Both the position numbers and the translations under genes were made by a program. 57,224 nt of DNA from the IMG/VR virus record IMGVR_UViG_3300027365_000015, positions 1 through 57,224 of that record; one strand, written 5' to 3'. The DNA comes from a virus. Its lineage: Duplodnaviria; Caudoviricetes. The notes under the pieces are model-generated. The model was not told where the DNA came from. It saw only the letters and a list, made by a program, of their open reading frames with translations, and did no database searches. Shown here piece after piece: positions 26,383-36,205 of the stretch (positions are counted from its first letter, which is position 1; each line of letters opens with the position of its first letter).

Positions 26383-26446
26383 GGGCACCTCACGGTGAGC
26401 CAGTTGGAAGACAGTGTAGCAGAGTCAAGGGCGCGATTTCGCGGGT

Positions 26447-27400
26447 CTAACGCAGCATGATCAGCTTGTTGCTGTGCCCGGTGATGCCGGTGTAGGTCGG
26501 GCTCGCCAGCCACTGCAGGTGCCCCTGGTAGACCGGCAGAAACTCGCGATACACCCAGGTGCCCTCCTGATAGATCGGGCTCACTCGGTCGTAATAGCGA
26601 TAGAACCAGCTCCAGGCGGCCTGCTGGTGGTGGGTGCGGTGGCGGTACTCGCTCAGCGTGTCGTCGCTGCCGTGGCGCACCATGGAGACGTGCTTGGTGC
26701 AGAAGACGATGGCCTCGACGCTGACCCAGTAGCCGACGGTGACGAAGTTGTAGACCGGCTCCTCTACCCAGACCTGATCATAGACATAGCCACACTCGCG
26801 CCACGAGGTGTATCGGCCATCGACAAACCCGTATTCGTACCAGCATTGATAGACCCTTTCTGTCCTCAGGACTCGCCGGGTGCCGGTCTGTTTGTAGCGG
26901 ATGTCCTCGGAGTACCAGGAGTCCTGGTAGGTCACGTACTCAAAGGTCGGTGTGGCCGGGGTGTTGAGCAGGTAGTAGTGGCCGCTCAACGGCATCTTCG
27001 AGGAGCCGATGTAGTAGCGCGAGTTCTTGACGTCGGCGTAGCGGTGGTCTGAGTGAAAGGTCTGCTTGCCGCCGGCGTTATAGACCACCATGCCCCAGCC
27101 CTGGACGGGCAGCGGGTAGGCGCTCTCATAGGTGCGCCAGTAGAAGGTGCCGGTGCCACGCACGTAGAGGCGGATGCCGGTCGTGCCGTAGGCGTCCTGG
27201 GTGTAGCCGAGCAGCGCCACGTCCATGCCAGGATGGCGCGCCGCCACCACCAGCGACGCCACGCCGCGGCTTTCCAGCGGGACGACGTGATAGCCGGTCC
27301 CCAGACGGCGCGAGCCCTGCTTGCGATACACCAGGTTGTCGAAATCCTGGTCGATGGGCAGGCGGCCGAAGAAGCCTTGCGTCTCGACACCCCAGCTCAT
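26447..27400 (-). CDS. Putative tail-tip receptor-binding protein
   Basis: MSWG start and repeated WGM.VYNA.G..TF.S motif typical of genes after J-like tips; Tyr/Trp-rich. Confidence 0.6.
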   Translation of the reverse strand: MSWGVETQGFFGRLPIDQDFDNLVYRKQGSRRLGTGYHVVPLESRGVASLVVAARHPGMDVALLGYTQDAYGTTGIRLYVRGTGTFYWRTYESAYPLPVQGWGMVVYNAGGKQTFHSDHRYADVKNSRYYIGSSKMPLSGHYYLLNTPATPTFEYVTYQDSWYSEDIRYKQTGTRRVLRTERVYQCWYEYGFVDGRYTSWRECGYVYDQVWVEEPVYNFVTVGYWVSVEAIVFCTKHVSMVRHGSDDTLSEYRHRTHHQQAAWSWFYRYYDRVSPIYQEGTWVYREFLPVYQGHLQWLASPTYTGITGHSNKLIMLR

Positions 27401-27747
27401 GACACCTCCGGCATGTAGCCGAACACCACGATGCGGCTGCGGCTGCGGCGCGGCGACGCCCAGTCGGCGAGGTCGGACAGCTGCGCCTCGTCGCTGATCG
27501 CCGGCGCCCAGCTCAGGGTGCGGGTGCTGGCGTGATAGGTCAGCTTGTGGGGTACGTGGCGCATATGATGGTCGCCATCCAGCGGAATGGCCTGGACGGC
27601 GATGTCCATGGTGCCCGGGATGTCGAGCGTCACGCTGCCGCTGTCGTTTCGCCCCACCACTCGCGACAGGATGAGGGTGGTCAGCCGCGAGGATAGCTCG
27701 AAGTTGACGCCACCTTCCGGCGCCCTGACCTGGATGCCATAGCTCAT
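27397..27747 (-). CDS. Tail-tip accessory protein
   Basis: MSYGIQV....G start; follows the J-like gene. Confidence 0.65.
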   Translation of the reverse strand: MSYGIQVRAPEGGVNFELSSRLTTLILSRVVGRNDSGSVTLDIPGTMDIAVQAIPLDGDHHMRHVPHKLTYHASTRTLSWAPAISDEAQLSDLADWASPRRSRSRIVVFGYMPEVS

Positions 27748-28943
27748 AGTCTGCCGATCCTCACCCGGAGGCGGCCGTTCTCGTCGTAGACCGAGATGCG
27801 GTCGCCGCGCTGCTCCATGCGTCCGCCGGCGCCGGTGGAGTTGAGCTCGAACTCGCCGTCACGGTCGAGCCGCCAGGCCGGGCGACCGTTGTTGCCGCGC
27901 GCGGTGGAGCTCAGGTCGCCGGTCACCTGGCCGAAGCCGATGCGCAGCGAGTCCACGTCGATGGCGTCGGCGCGCAGCAGTCCCGCCACGGTGGTGATCG
28001 GGCGACCGGCATTGTCGAAGATCTTGCCGATAGTGATCGGCCCCAGCTTGCCTTCCTGGATCGAGGCGTCGCGGATCATCGCCGTGTCCATGTAGACCAC
28101 GCCATCCTCGACGATGAACGGCATGCGCTTCTGGTTGGAGTTGGGCCGGGCAATCCAGAAGCGGTCGGCGACCACGGCGAAGTCGGCGGTGGTGCCATCG
28201 TTGTACGCGCCGAAGCCGGAGATATAGCCGTTCTGGTTGAGCGTCAGGGTATACAGGTCGCCCTGCTCGGAGACGGTCTCCTGGATGCCCTGAATGCGGT
28301 CCTTGAAGGCCTTGGCCAGCTCGCTCTCGCCGATGCGACCCGACACCAGGTCGAGCACGTACTCCATGTCGGCGAGCGGCTCGGCGTAGGTGCCGCTGCC
28401 GCTGTTGGGCGGCCCCTCGACCCCGGCGGTCGAGGTGAAGGTAATCCAGTAGTAGTAACCCTTGATCGCCTCCGGGTCCTGGGGGTCGATGGCGTCGTCA
28501 CGCACCACGTCGCTGTAGAGCATGCCCGGGTCGCGGCCTACCGCCTGGGCGTTGGCGAAGTTGTCGGTCTCGCTGCGGTAGATATTGGTGTGGGCATGGT
28601 TGGCGTAGAGATCGACCGGGTTGTCCCAGGTCAGGTTGATCATGCCGTAGAAGCTGCCCTCGGCGCTGAAGCCCTCCGGGGCCGGTGGCGTGGCCAGGTT
28701 GGGCGCCGGCGGTTCGACGCCAGACGCCAGGCTGCCAGGCATGCCGGCCCGGGTGCCGTTCTTGAGCCGGCCGATGCCGCTGTCGAGCAGCTCGCGCAGG
28801 GTGATCTTCTTGTCCAGCGGGTTGCCGCGCACGCCCTCGCCGGTCTCGATGATCTCGGTCATGGCGCTGATCAGGGGGCGCAGCTCGCTCGGCGTCTTGG
28901 GTGACACCGGCGGCAGGGTGCGACGTCGTTGGGTCATGGGCAC
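27744..28943 (-). CDS. Tail-tip protein with FN3-like and J-type C-terminal (DUF1983-like) regions
   Basis: F.V.ADRF.I, PF.V..G.VY.D.A.I.DASI, VYD.NG.LRVRIG.L. Confidence 0.8.
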   Translation of the reverse strand: MPMTQRRRTLPPVSPKTPSELRPLISAMTEIIETGEGVRGNPLDKKITLRELLDSGIGRLKNGTRAGMPGSLASGVEPPAPNLATPPAPEGFSAEGSFYGMINLTWDNPVDLYANHAHTNIYRSETDNFANAQAVGRDPGMLYSDVVRDDAIDPQDPEAIKGYYYWITFTSTAGVEGPPNSGSGTYAEPLADMEYVLDLVSGRIGESELAKAFKDRIQGIQETVSEQGDLYTLTLNQNGYISGFGAYNDGTTADFAVVADRFWIARPNSNQKRMPFIVEDGVVYMDTAMIRDASIQEGKLGPITIGKIFDNAGRPITTVAGLLRADAIDVDSLRIGFGQVTGDLSSTARGNNGRPAWRLDRDGEFELNSTGAGGRMEQRGDRISVYDENGRLRVRIGRL

Positions 28944-28963
28944 CTCACGGTGAGCCTATGGGG

Positions 28964-30589
28964 TCAGACCAGCTCGGCGGGGCTGGTGGCGATCTGTACC
29001 GAGTGTACCTCGCGCACCCCCTCGACCTCGATCTCCCAGTCTCGGCTCAGGGTGTGGCCGGCGGGCAGGCGGAACATGCCAGGGCCATCCACCTCGTGCT
29101 CGAGGATGGCGGCGCCGTCGGCGAACAGACGCAGGGTCACCGGGTAGTCACGGGCAATCACCTTGGCGCAGGTGAAGCCGGCCGCGCCGGGCGGGATCTC
29201 GTGCAGGCGCGACCGCCAGCGGTAGGTCAGCGGCTCACCGCGCCCCCAGCCGGTGATGGCCCCGCCCTGAATCAGGTAGAGGGTGTCATCCATGATGTCG
29301 TAGTAGCCGGCATCGGCCTGGACATCGTAGAACTCGACTCCTTCCCCGGGGGTGAACGAGAAACAGCCGCCGTCGTAGAAGGCGAGGTACCGGCCGTCGT
29401 AGCGGTAGGCGTGGATGGTTTCCGGCTTCAGCGCCTGCCACTGCTCGCGGCTCAGCACCTCGCGGGTGGCCACCCGGGCATCCCGTCCGGCGGCGGCCAC
29501 CAGGCCGTCCGGCGAGGCGTAGAGGGCGAACTCGCCCATATCCACCAGCGAGCGGGGCGCGATGCAGGACTGGGCCACGTCGAGCTCGATCTGGGCCATG
29601 GCATCCGGGCTCGAGCCGGACACCAGGTGCGGCTGCCCCTCGGTCACCACCACCAGGCCGGCCGCGGTCGAGGCGATGGCGACGATGTCGTCAGGAAAGG
29701 CCAGCTGGTAGCCCACCGGCCAGGCGTGAGGCAGATAGGCCTCGGAGAAGCACAGGGTGTTCTCGAAGAAGCCGGCCAGGATGCCGTTGGGCAGCGCCGT
29801 GAGGCCGACCATGCGCGGATCCGGCATGTCCCACTCGGTGGACGGCAGTGCGCGCCCCAGTGACTCGCTCGGCACGCTATCGACGTACTGCCCCACCCCG
29901 GGCGCCAGGTCGGCGACGAACTGGTAGATGCCGGAGGACTCCACGCGGTACAGCCGCTTGATCTCGATGTTGGTCGCCGCGCTCGGGACACCGGGCAGGC
30001 TGACCACCACCTCGCCACCCTCCGGCGCGTCATCCACCATGTCCCAGCGCACGACGGCCGGGCTCGGCTCGCTGGGCGCGCCTTCCTCGCCGTAGCCGCT
30101 GATCAGTGTCACCACGTAGGAGGTCTCCAGCGCCGTGTCGGGCTGATCTTCCAGCGGCACCCGCCCAGTCGGCTCTTCGACGGTCGGCGATCCGGATGGG
30201 GCCGGCACGCCCAGGGCATAGCTGCTGTTGGGGTACGGCGGCGTGCCGTCCGTGGCGATGTCGATGCCGGCCATCTTCGGCACGCCGTCGCCCGTCCAGT
30301 AGATGCGGTGCCAGCGGTCATTGGCCAGCGGCGACTTCACGACGTTGACCCGCTTGCCGTTGCCCCAGGCGAACCAGAAGCCGTCGCCGTCGTTGCCGTT
30401 CGGGTACCGATAGAGCGCCGAGGGCTTGGACACGCTGGGCAGACCGGCCACCGGCGCGGGCCCCTTCTCGGGCTTCAGGGTGCCGTGGCGCAGATAGAGA
30501 TTGCGCGCCACCTGGGCGCTGTTCTCGGGCAGCAGGCGAGCGTCGAGGATCGGCAGCTCGCCGCGAAAGGCGCTGTGTTGGATCTTCAT
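28964..30589 (-). CDS. Podovirus tail nozzle/stabilization protein
   Basis: F.GE.P...RLLP N-terminus, FSE.Y.PHAWP, size and position. Confidence 0.7.
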   Translation of the reverse strand: MKIQHSAFRGELPILDARLLPENSAQVARNLYLRHGTLKPEKGPAPVAGLPSVSKPSALYRYPNGNDGDGFWFAWGNGKRVNVVKSPLANDRWHRIYWTGDGVPKMAGIDIATDGTPPYPNSSYALGVPAPSGSPTVEEPTGRVPLEDQPDTALETSYVVTLISGYGEEGAPSEPSPAVVRWDMVDDAPEGGEVVVSLPGVPSAATNIEIKRLYRVESSGIYQFVADLAPGVGQYVDSVPSESLGRALPSTEWDMPDPRMVGLTALPNGILAGFFENTLCFSEAYLPHAWPVGYQLAFPDDIVAIASTAAGLVVVTEGQPHLVSGSSPDAMAQIELDVAQSCIAPRSLVDMGEFALYASPDGLVAAAGRDARVATREVLSREQWQALKPETIHAYRYDGRYLAFYDGGCFSFTPGEGVEFYDVQADAGYYDIMDDTLYLIQGGAITGWGRGEPLTYRWRSRLHEIPPGAAGFTCAKVIARDYPVTLRLFADGAAILEHEVDGPGMFRLPAGHTLSRDWEIEVEGVREVHSVQIATSPAELV

Positions 30590-30590
30590 A

Positions 30591-31028
30591 TCAGGCCTCG
30601 ATCAGCGATGCCTGGTGAAACAGGTCATCGACCTCGGCCTCGGTCAGGCCGAGCTGGTCCGCCAGGGCGATGATGGTCGGGCTCATGCGACGGAACTCAT
30701 GGGCGTCATGCCAGGCATCGATCACCAGCGGGTCGGTAGCCGGGTCGTCCATGATGGCCTCGACCTGGCTGCGAAGCCCCGCCTGACGCAGCACGGCGCG
30801 CGCCTGAAAGCGGCTGACGACGGCGGATTCTCGCCAGTCCTTCAGTTGTTCGGCGGTCATCGGAATCTCGGGATACCCGTCGAACTCGGCGAGGGCATTG
30901 CCCTCGTCGATCCACTGCTGGACGTCGCTATAGAGCTCATTACTCACAGGAACGACGGCGCCCTTCTTCACTCGCCCGTAGTCGGCGAGGCAGACGACGC
31001 GCCCGGCAGTTTGGTCTTTGCTGAACAT
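30591..31028 (-). CDS. Tail-fibre assembly-like protein
   Basis: VSRFQAR..L...W..A.EF.R.SP...LGLT..EVDDLF. Confidence 0.7.
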   Translation of the reverse strand: MFSKDQTAGRVVCLADYGRVKKGAVVPVSNELYSDVQQWIDEGNALAEFDGYPEIPMTAEQLKDWRESAVVSRFQARAVLRQAGLRSQVEAIMDDPATDPLVIDAWHDAHEFRRMSPTIIALADQLGLTEAEVDDLFHQASLIEA

Positions 31029-32032
31029 GCGACCTCCTGGGTCAGCTGATGATGCTGCGCGGCGAGTGAGCGCAGCAGGTTGTGGGAATCGGCCCAGCGA
31101 GCATGGCCAAGCCAGGCAGCGAGGAAGAAGCGCAACGCTTGCTTGTCGCCGGCCAGGGTGTGGGCTTTGATCTTGCGTTTGGCACGGCGAACGCTGTCGC
31201 GCCTCAGCAGCTTATGGCTCGGGAATATCCTATAGCCAAGGAAGTTGACGCCGGCGCTCACCGGCGTGACCGACCACTTGCTGAAGGTCAACCCCAGGGC
31301 GTGGCGGCAGAACATCTCCAGCCAGCCGCGCAGCTCGTGGAGAAAGCCGCGGGAGCGACCCAGTATCACGATGTCGTCCATGTAGCGGGTGAAGTTAGAC
31401 ACACCCATGGTCTGCGCCAAGAAGCGGTCCACTTCGGTGCCGTAGACGTTGGCCCACAGCTGCGACGTCAGGTTGCCGATCGGCAGCCCGGTACCGGTGC
31501 GCGGCGTGAACCGCTCGATCAGCCAGGCGGTGTGCCGACAGCTAATCTTGGCGTCGATGCGCCGCCATAATGTCGGCCTGTCCACGCTGTAGAAATACTT
31601 GCTGAAGTCGGTCTTTAGGGCATAGACCGTGGCGCCATTGCGACCGAGGTGGCGCATCATCGCTTGGGTGCGAATCGCGCCACTATGCATGCCGCGCCCC
31701 TTCCTGCAGGCGTAGGCCTGGGGGAGCATGCCGGCCTCGAAGATCGGGCCGATGACGTTGCACAGCGCATGCTGGACGACGCGATCTTGAAACGGCGCGG
31801 CGGTGATCGGGCGCGGCTTGGGCTCGTAGACCCAGAACGTCCGGGGCTTGCCCGGCCGGTAGGTCTGGTCGAGGATGTCGCGCCTCAGCTTCTCCAGCCA
31901 GGCCGCCTCGTATTCCTTGAAGTTCAGATAGCCGGCGCTGCTGCGTCGGCCCCGCGCCGCCTTTTGGTAGGCGTTGCGCAGGTTGTCGGGGTCGGCGATC
32001 CTGCCGATGAGGTTCCGGTACCGCTTGCCCAA
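30968..32032 (-). CDS. DGR reverse transcriptase
   Basis: PK.R.I.A..F.DRVVQHA; GLPIGNLTSQ; RYMDD; FLGY. Confidence 0.97.
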   Translation of the reverse strand: MGKRYRNLIGRIADPDNLRNAYQKAARGRRSSAGYLNFKEYEAAWLEKLRRDILDQTYRPGKPRTFWVYEPKPRPITAAPFQDRVVQHALCNVIGPIFEAGMLPQAYACRKGRGMHSGAIRTQAMMRHLGRNGATVYALKTDFSKYFYSVDRPTLWRRIDAKISCRHTAWLIERFTPRTGTGLPIGNLTSQLWANVYGTEVDRFLAQTMGVSNFTRYMDDIVILGRSRGFLHELRGWLEMFCRHALGLTFSKWSVTPVSAGVNFLGYRIFPSHKLLRRDSVRRAKRKIKAHTLAGDKQALRFFLAAWLGHARWADSHNLLRSLAAQHHQLTQEVACSAKTKLPGASSASPTTGE

Positions 32033-32212
32033 TCCTGTTCCTTATCCGGCGTCCTGCCGGGTGCGTTGATAAAAGCCGCGCGCAGGTCTCGATATTTCAC
32101 TACGCCCTGTTTCGCGGACCGGGTCGTGTATTTCCCGAAGGAGGTAGGTGCACGGCTGACCACATTTGGTCACCCCGGGTGGCCGTGGCCATCCCGGCGG
32201 CAGGTGATTGTC

Positions 32213-32330
32213 GTCACAGACGCCGCGGGCGCCGATGTTGCTGCTGGAGTTGTCCGGCTGATTGTTCCAGTTCGAGGCGCGAGAGCCTGCGTTGGAGCCG
32301 TTGTCCCAGTTCGCGCCGAATAGCGGCGAG
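32213..32330 (-). repeat. DGR template repeat (TR)
   Basis: 118 bp, AAC-rich; differs from VR only at TR adenines. Confidence 0.97.
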
Positions 32331-32350
32331 TATCCGTGCACCACCCATGC

Positions 32351-32704
32351 TCAGCGCCTGTTCTTCTGCCAGGCGCCGACCATTCTGCCGACCTCGGCCA
32401 GATGGACCGAGGCCACCTCATGCTGATGAGGTGTAATGAGCTTATGCGCCGGCGAGGCGGCGAAGCGCAGCAGCCAGCGCAGCTCGGCGAGCGCGGCATC
32501 CACCTGGTAGACGCGGCTCACCTGGTTGGACTTGGCCGCCACATAGATCAGGCCGGGCACCGACAGCAGCGCATCGAGCAGCTTGTCGCGGTACCGGCCG
32601 TGGCGGCGCGGTAGGGTCTGGATGATCGGGTACAGGTAGGCCACCGCCTGGTCATAGCGCTCGACGATGGCCAGTGACTGCACTCTGCGTGGAGCTTCCT
32701 TCAT
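32351..32704 (-). CDS. avd: DGR accessory variability determinant
   Basis: Basic 117-aa helical protein, L..LR.LLR...EVGRMVGAW, between target and TR. Confidence 0.93.
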   Translation of the reverse strand: MKEAPRRVQSLAIVERYDQAVAYLYPIIQTLPRRHGRYRDKLLDALLSVPGLIYVAAKSNQVSRVYQVDAALAELRWLLRFAASPAHKLITPHQHEVASVHLAEVGRMVGAWQKNRR

Positions 32705-32713
32705 GTCGCGTCG

Positions 32714-34264
32714 CTATCGCTCCGCTTGCAGGTTCAGGTGGTCACAGACGCCGCGGGCGCCGAGGGTGCTGCTGGAGCCGTCCGGCCGAAAGTACCAGAA
32801 CGAGGCGCGAGAGCCTGCGTGGGAGCCGCCGTCCCAGCTCGCGCCGAAAAGCGGCGAGCGGATGGAGTGCGTGTAGATGTCGCCACGGCCGTCCGCCCAA
32901 TCGTTCCAGGTGGCGCTGCCGGTCGCCGAGGTACCGTTGATGTCGGCGCCCCACTGCCACATGACGCCGGTGATCTGCTCGCAGCCGATGTCACTGCGGT
33001 GGCCGGCCTGGTGCTGGGTGGTGCCGGGATCGGTGCCGACGGCCTGGCGCTCGACCACGCCGTAGGCGATGGAGGCGAACTCCTGATAGAACGGTAGGCG
33101 CTTGCCGGCGGCGGTGGCCAGGTCCACGGCGACCCACCAGCTCAGGTTGGCGTAGGTGCTCGACCCGTCGCCGCCGTAGGCGTCGGGAATCACCGGGACG
33201 CTGTTGGCATCGGCGATCTGCGCGCCGTTGCGCGAGTAGCCGTTCAGGCCGTACTGGGTATCCATCAGGTAGATGTCGGCCCAGATGCCGCACTTTGGGT
33301 CATGCACCATGGCCCGAGGACTGGGCGCCGATGGCAGCCAGTTCAGGTCCCACAGTGAGCGCGAGGCGATGCCGCCGTTGGCAAAAGAGTGGAACCCGCC
33401 TGCTGCGCGGGCACCCGCAGGCGCGGCGCTGTCGGCGTCTACCGCTTCGAGCGTGCCGTCGCCATGCGCATAGACGGTGTAGTCGGTGCCATTGCCCAAG
33501 GCCGGCAGGGTGACCGAGGTGCCGGCGGCGATCTCGACCAGGCTCGAGCCCACCACCAGGGCCAAGTCGGAAGCGACCTCCAGGGTGGTGGACGAGGGCG
33601 CATTCCAGGCCGGCAGGCTGCCATCAGCCTTGGCGAAAGCCGTTGGTGTGACGGCTACCGCGAAGCCTCGATAGTCCTGCTCCAGCTGGGCCAGCTGCTT
33701 GCCATCCAGGGTGTCGGCATCAAGTTCTGAGCCCTCGCCGTCCACGGTCAGCAGCTTGGCCAGCACGTCGGCGGCGGTGTAGCTGCTGGCGTCGAGCTTC
33801 TGGGCCAGGGCGTTGGTCATGGTGGTGGCGAAGTCGGGGTCGTTGTTCAGCGCCTCGGCCAGCTCGTTCAGCGTGTCCAGGGCGCCGGGCGCGGCTGCGA
33901 CCAGGGCTTCCAGCTCGCTGTCGGTATAGGCCTTGGCATCCTCGAGCAGGGTGCGCAGCGTCTGGGCGGTGATGCGCGCCTCCACCTTCTCGCCACCGGC
34001 ATGGACGATGGCATCGCCTTCGTAGCCGCGCTCCACGGTCAGGGTGTAGTTGCCGCCGCCGTCATCGGTGATGGCGGTCACCTTGACCACCTCGATGTTG
34101 CTGCCGTAGCGCGAAGCGTCGTTGAACAGGGTCATCAGGAACCAGTCGCCGCTGGCCAGCGACGCCGGCAGATGGGCGCCGTTCTTGAGGCTCAGGATGG
34201 TCTCGCCTGACGGCACGGAGGCGGCAAGGACGCCGCGGGCGTTGTTGATGAAAATCTGCGGCAT
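32714..34264 (-). CDS. DGR target tail fibre with Mtd-like C-type-lectin C-terminus
   Basis: LDTLNELA.AL.ND..FA fibre motif; W.DIYL; G.MWQWG; ends in VR ...GARGVCDH. Confidence 0.93.
   Translation of the reverse strand: MPQIFINNARGVLAASVPSGETILSLKNGAHLPASLASGDWFLMTLFNDASRYGSNIEVVKVTAITDDGGGNYTLTVERGYEGDAIVHAGGEKVEARITAQTLRTLLEDAKAYTDSELEALVAAAPGALDTLNELAEALNNDPDFATTMTNALAQKLDASSYTAADVLAKLLTVDGEGSELDADTLDGKQLAQLEQDYRGFAVAVTPTAFAKADGSLPAWNAPSSTTLEVASDLALVVGSSLVEIAAGTSVTLPALGNGTDYTVYAHGDGTLEAVDADSAAPAGARAAGGFHSFANGGIASRSLWDLNWLPSAPSPRAMVHDPKCGIWADIYLMDTQYGLNGYSRNGAQIADANSVPVIPDAYGGDGSSTYANLSWWVAVDLATAAGKRLPFYQEFASIAYGVVERQAVGTDPGTTQHQAGHRSDIGCEQITGVMWQWGADINGTSATGSATWNDWADGRGDIYTHSIRSPLFGASWDGGSHAGSRASFWYFRPDGSSSTLGARGVCDHLNLQAER
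32741..32858 (-). repeat. DGR variable repeat (VR)
   Basis: 15 mismatches to TR; GC-only GGCGCCCGCGGCG near the 3' end. Confidence 0.97.
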
Positions 34265-34267
34265 GGA

Positions 34268-34534
34268 TTACATCTCCACCACGGTGATCATGAAATCGAC
34301 CTCTTTCACTCGGCTCTGGGTGTGAATGAGGGGTGAGAACTTGTAGGTCTGCCCGTTGGCCCCGCCACGGATCCACAGCTTCACCCGGTCGGGCTCGATG
34401 CTGACCTGGGTGATCTCGATGCCGTCCGGCGCCTCGGCGTCCACGGAGACGACTTCGTCGCCCTCGGCCAGCCAGTCCGCGAACAGCAGGTCGTAGTCGA
34501 GGTGATCGTTGGGTTGCTTGCGCCAGGTCTTCAT
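34268..34534 (-). CDS. Fibre adaptor-like virion protein
   Basis: KQP.D.LDYD...W...GG..G..YK motif. Confidence 0.65.
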   Translation of the reverse strand: MKTWRKQPNDHLDYDLLFADWLAEGDEVVSVDAEAPDGIEITQVSIEPDRVKLWIRGGANGQTYKFSPLIHTQSRVKEVDFMITVVEM

Positions 34535-36192
34535 GTGATGCGGTACTCCCGGGGGCTGGCGGGAATCGCCAGGTGGCGATCGACGCGGGGAACGGTGAAG
34601 GTGCGCTGTGCGGGCGCCGGGTCGCCGGCGTTGATCTTGAAGCTGCGCGGCGGGATCGTGGCCGAGCCCGTCATGGCTACCGGCGCCATCAGCCGGACGC
34701 GCAGCGCGACCGCCTGGGACTCGGCCCCGGCGGCTACCTGGCTCGATTCCACGCTGACGATGGTGTAGATCTCCGCTTCCATGGCCACGCTGCCCGCCCC
34801 GTCGGCATCGGCGGCGGTCATGAAGGCCAGGCGCGCGGCGCCGGCGGCGGAGAGGGCCGGCTCGCCTTCGGCCTGCCCGGTCATGTAGAGCGTGGCGACG
34901 TTGTCGCCCAGCGCCTCGCTGGTAGCCACGGCCTGGCCGCTGGCCTCCTTGGCGATCAGCCGGGTGGCCGTGATGCTGGCCGCGGCGGTCGCCTCGGCCG
35001 GGCCGCGCCCGTCGCGCAGCACGGTGGGCGTCATCGGCGAGGACGCCTCACCCTCGAAGCGAAGGCTGGCGGGCACGCGGTGCAGGATCTCCAGGCGCAG
35101 GTCATCGAGCGATGCGCTGGCCTCGGCCTGATAGGTCGCCCGGGATCGCGGCTCGAAGCGCGGCACCGCGTCGGCCTCGGCAATGCCCTCGCACGGCACC
35201 GGCTCGAACAGCGGGAAGCGGCGCGCGATGGGCTCGGAGGCGAGCGCCTCGCCCAGCATTCCGCCATAGCCGTAGGCGTAGCGGGTGCCATCGCGCAGGA
35301 TGTCCGGCGAGGCGACGAACTCGGCATGCGCTCGGAACAGGAACTCGATGATCCTGACCAGGTGGCTCTGGGTGACCGACTCGGCTTCGGCCTCGGCATT
35401 GCCCGGATAGGCCGCGCGCGCCACATAGACATCGGCCGCCGAGAGCGACGACTCGGCATCGCAGTAGCTCCAGCCGAAGCCCAGGATGGCGTTCGGCGTG
35501 GCACGGCTGTGCGCCCGCACGATGGCCGGGCCGCCCGCCTGCACCTGGCGGACACGGATCTTCGTGACGTCCTGGCTGCGCGCGAAGGCCAGCGAGGCGG
35601 TGCGCATCCGCCGCGGGTCCATCGTCCGAGTGATCGGGATGTCGGGCGACGACGCTTCGGCGACGGCCTCAGCGGCGCCCTGGGCATCGATCAGTCGGGC
35701 ATGGATGACACGGTTGTCGGTGAGCCCCTCGGCCGTGGCCACCAGGCCGTCGGCCCAGCCTGTCGTACCATTGAGCGGCTCGCCGTTGAGTGGGCCGCCG
35801 TCGCGGTACTCGGGCGCCATGCGCACCAGTCGCCGCGGCTCGGGCGAAGACAGCTCGGCGAACGCCTCGGCCGGCAGGCCGTCCACCTGGCGAGCGCGAT
35901 ACGGCACCCCGGACGCCTCGGCCTCGCCCGAAGACGAGAGCGGGGCACCGGGCGTGATGCGCACCGGCTGGAAGGGCGCTACTTCGACCCGGGCCTCGGC
36001 GCTGCCATTGACCCGGGCCAGCCGCACCGGCGTGGCGCTGCCGGCGGCCTCGGCGGACGCCGCGGCCGGACTGGCATAGGCGGTACGGTCGGCGCCCGCC
36101 GACGACTGGGCGTCGGCCTCGAGCAGCCCCTCCGCCCAGACCACCGGATAGGCGCCGCCGTTGATGACGGCGCTGTTGAACGGGACCGTCAT
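34531..36192 (-). CDS. Ala-rich repetitive virion fibre protein
   Basis: Degenerate AEA.A repeats; FN...ING and LNG..LNG motifs. Confidence 0.6.
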   Translation of the reverse strand: MTVPFNSAVINGGAYPVVWAEGLLEADAQSSAGADRTAYASPAAASAEAAGSATPVRLARVNGSAEARVEVAPFQPVRITPGAPLSSSGEAEASGVPYRARQVDGLPAEAFAELSSPEPRRLVRMAPEYRDGGPLNGEPLNGTTGWADGLVATAEGLTDNRVIHARLIDAQGAAEAVAEASSPDIPITRTMDPRRMRTASLAFARSQDVTKIRVRQVQAGGPAIVRAHSRATPNAILGFGWSYCDAESSLSAADVYVARAAYPGNAEAEAESVTQSHLVRIIEFLFRAHAEFVASPDILRDGTRYAYGYGGMLGEALASEPIARRFPLFEPVPCEGIAEADAVPRFEPRSRATYQAEASASLDDLRLEILHRVPASLRFEGEASSPMTPTVLRDGRGPAEATAAASITATRLIAKEASGQAVATSEALGDNVATLYMTGQAEGEPALSAAGAARLAFMTAADADGAGSVAMEAEIYTIVSVESSQVAAGAESQAVALRVRLMAPVAMTGSATIPPRSFKINAGDPAPAQRTFTVPRVDRHLAIPASPREYRIT

Positions 36193-36205
36193 GGGTGGCC
36201 CTCAG

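Larger units (their letters stand above)
30968..34264 (-). mobile_element. Diversity-generating retroelement cassette (target-avd-TR-RT)
   Basis: All components present in BPP-1 order. Confidence 0.97.

Noticed and set aside
26447-27400. Second DGR target
   Set aside because: No similarity to TR found by eye here or elsewhere in the window
30968-32032. RT as a retron or group II intron
   Set aside because: The GNLTSQ motif, avd and the TR/VR pair identify a DGR; no VTG or maturase domain seen
32042-32344. 100-aa ORF spanning TR
   Set aside because: Open frame expected from TR mirroring the VR coding sequence; most likely the template RNA
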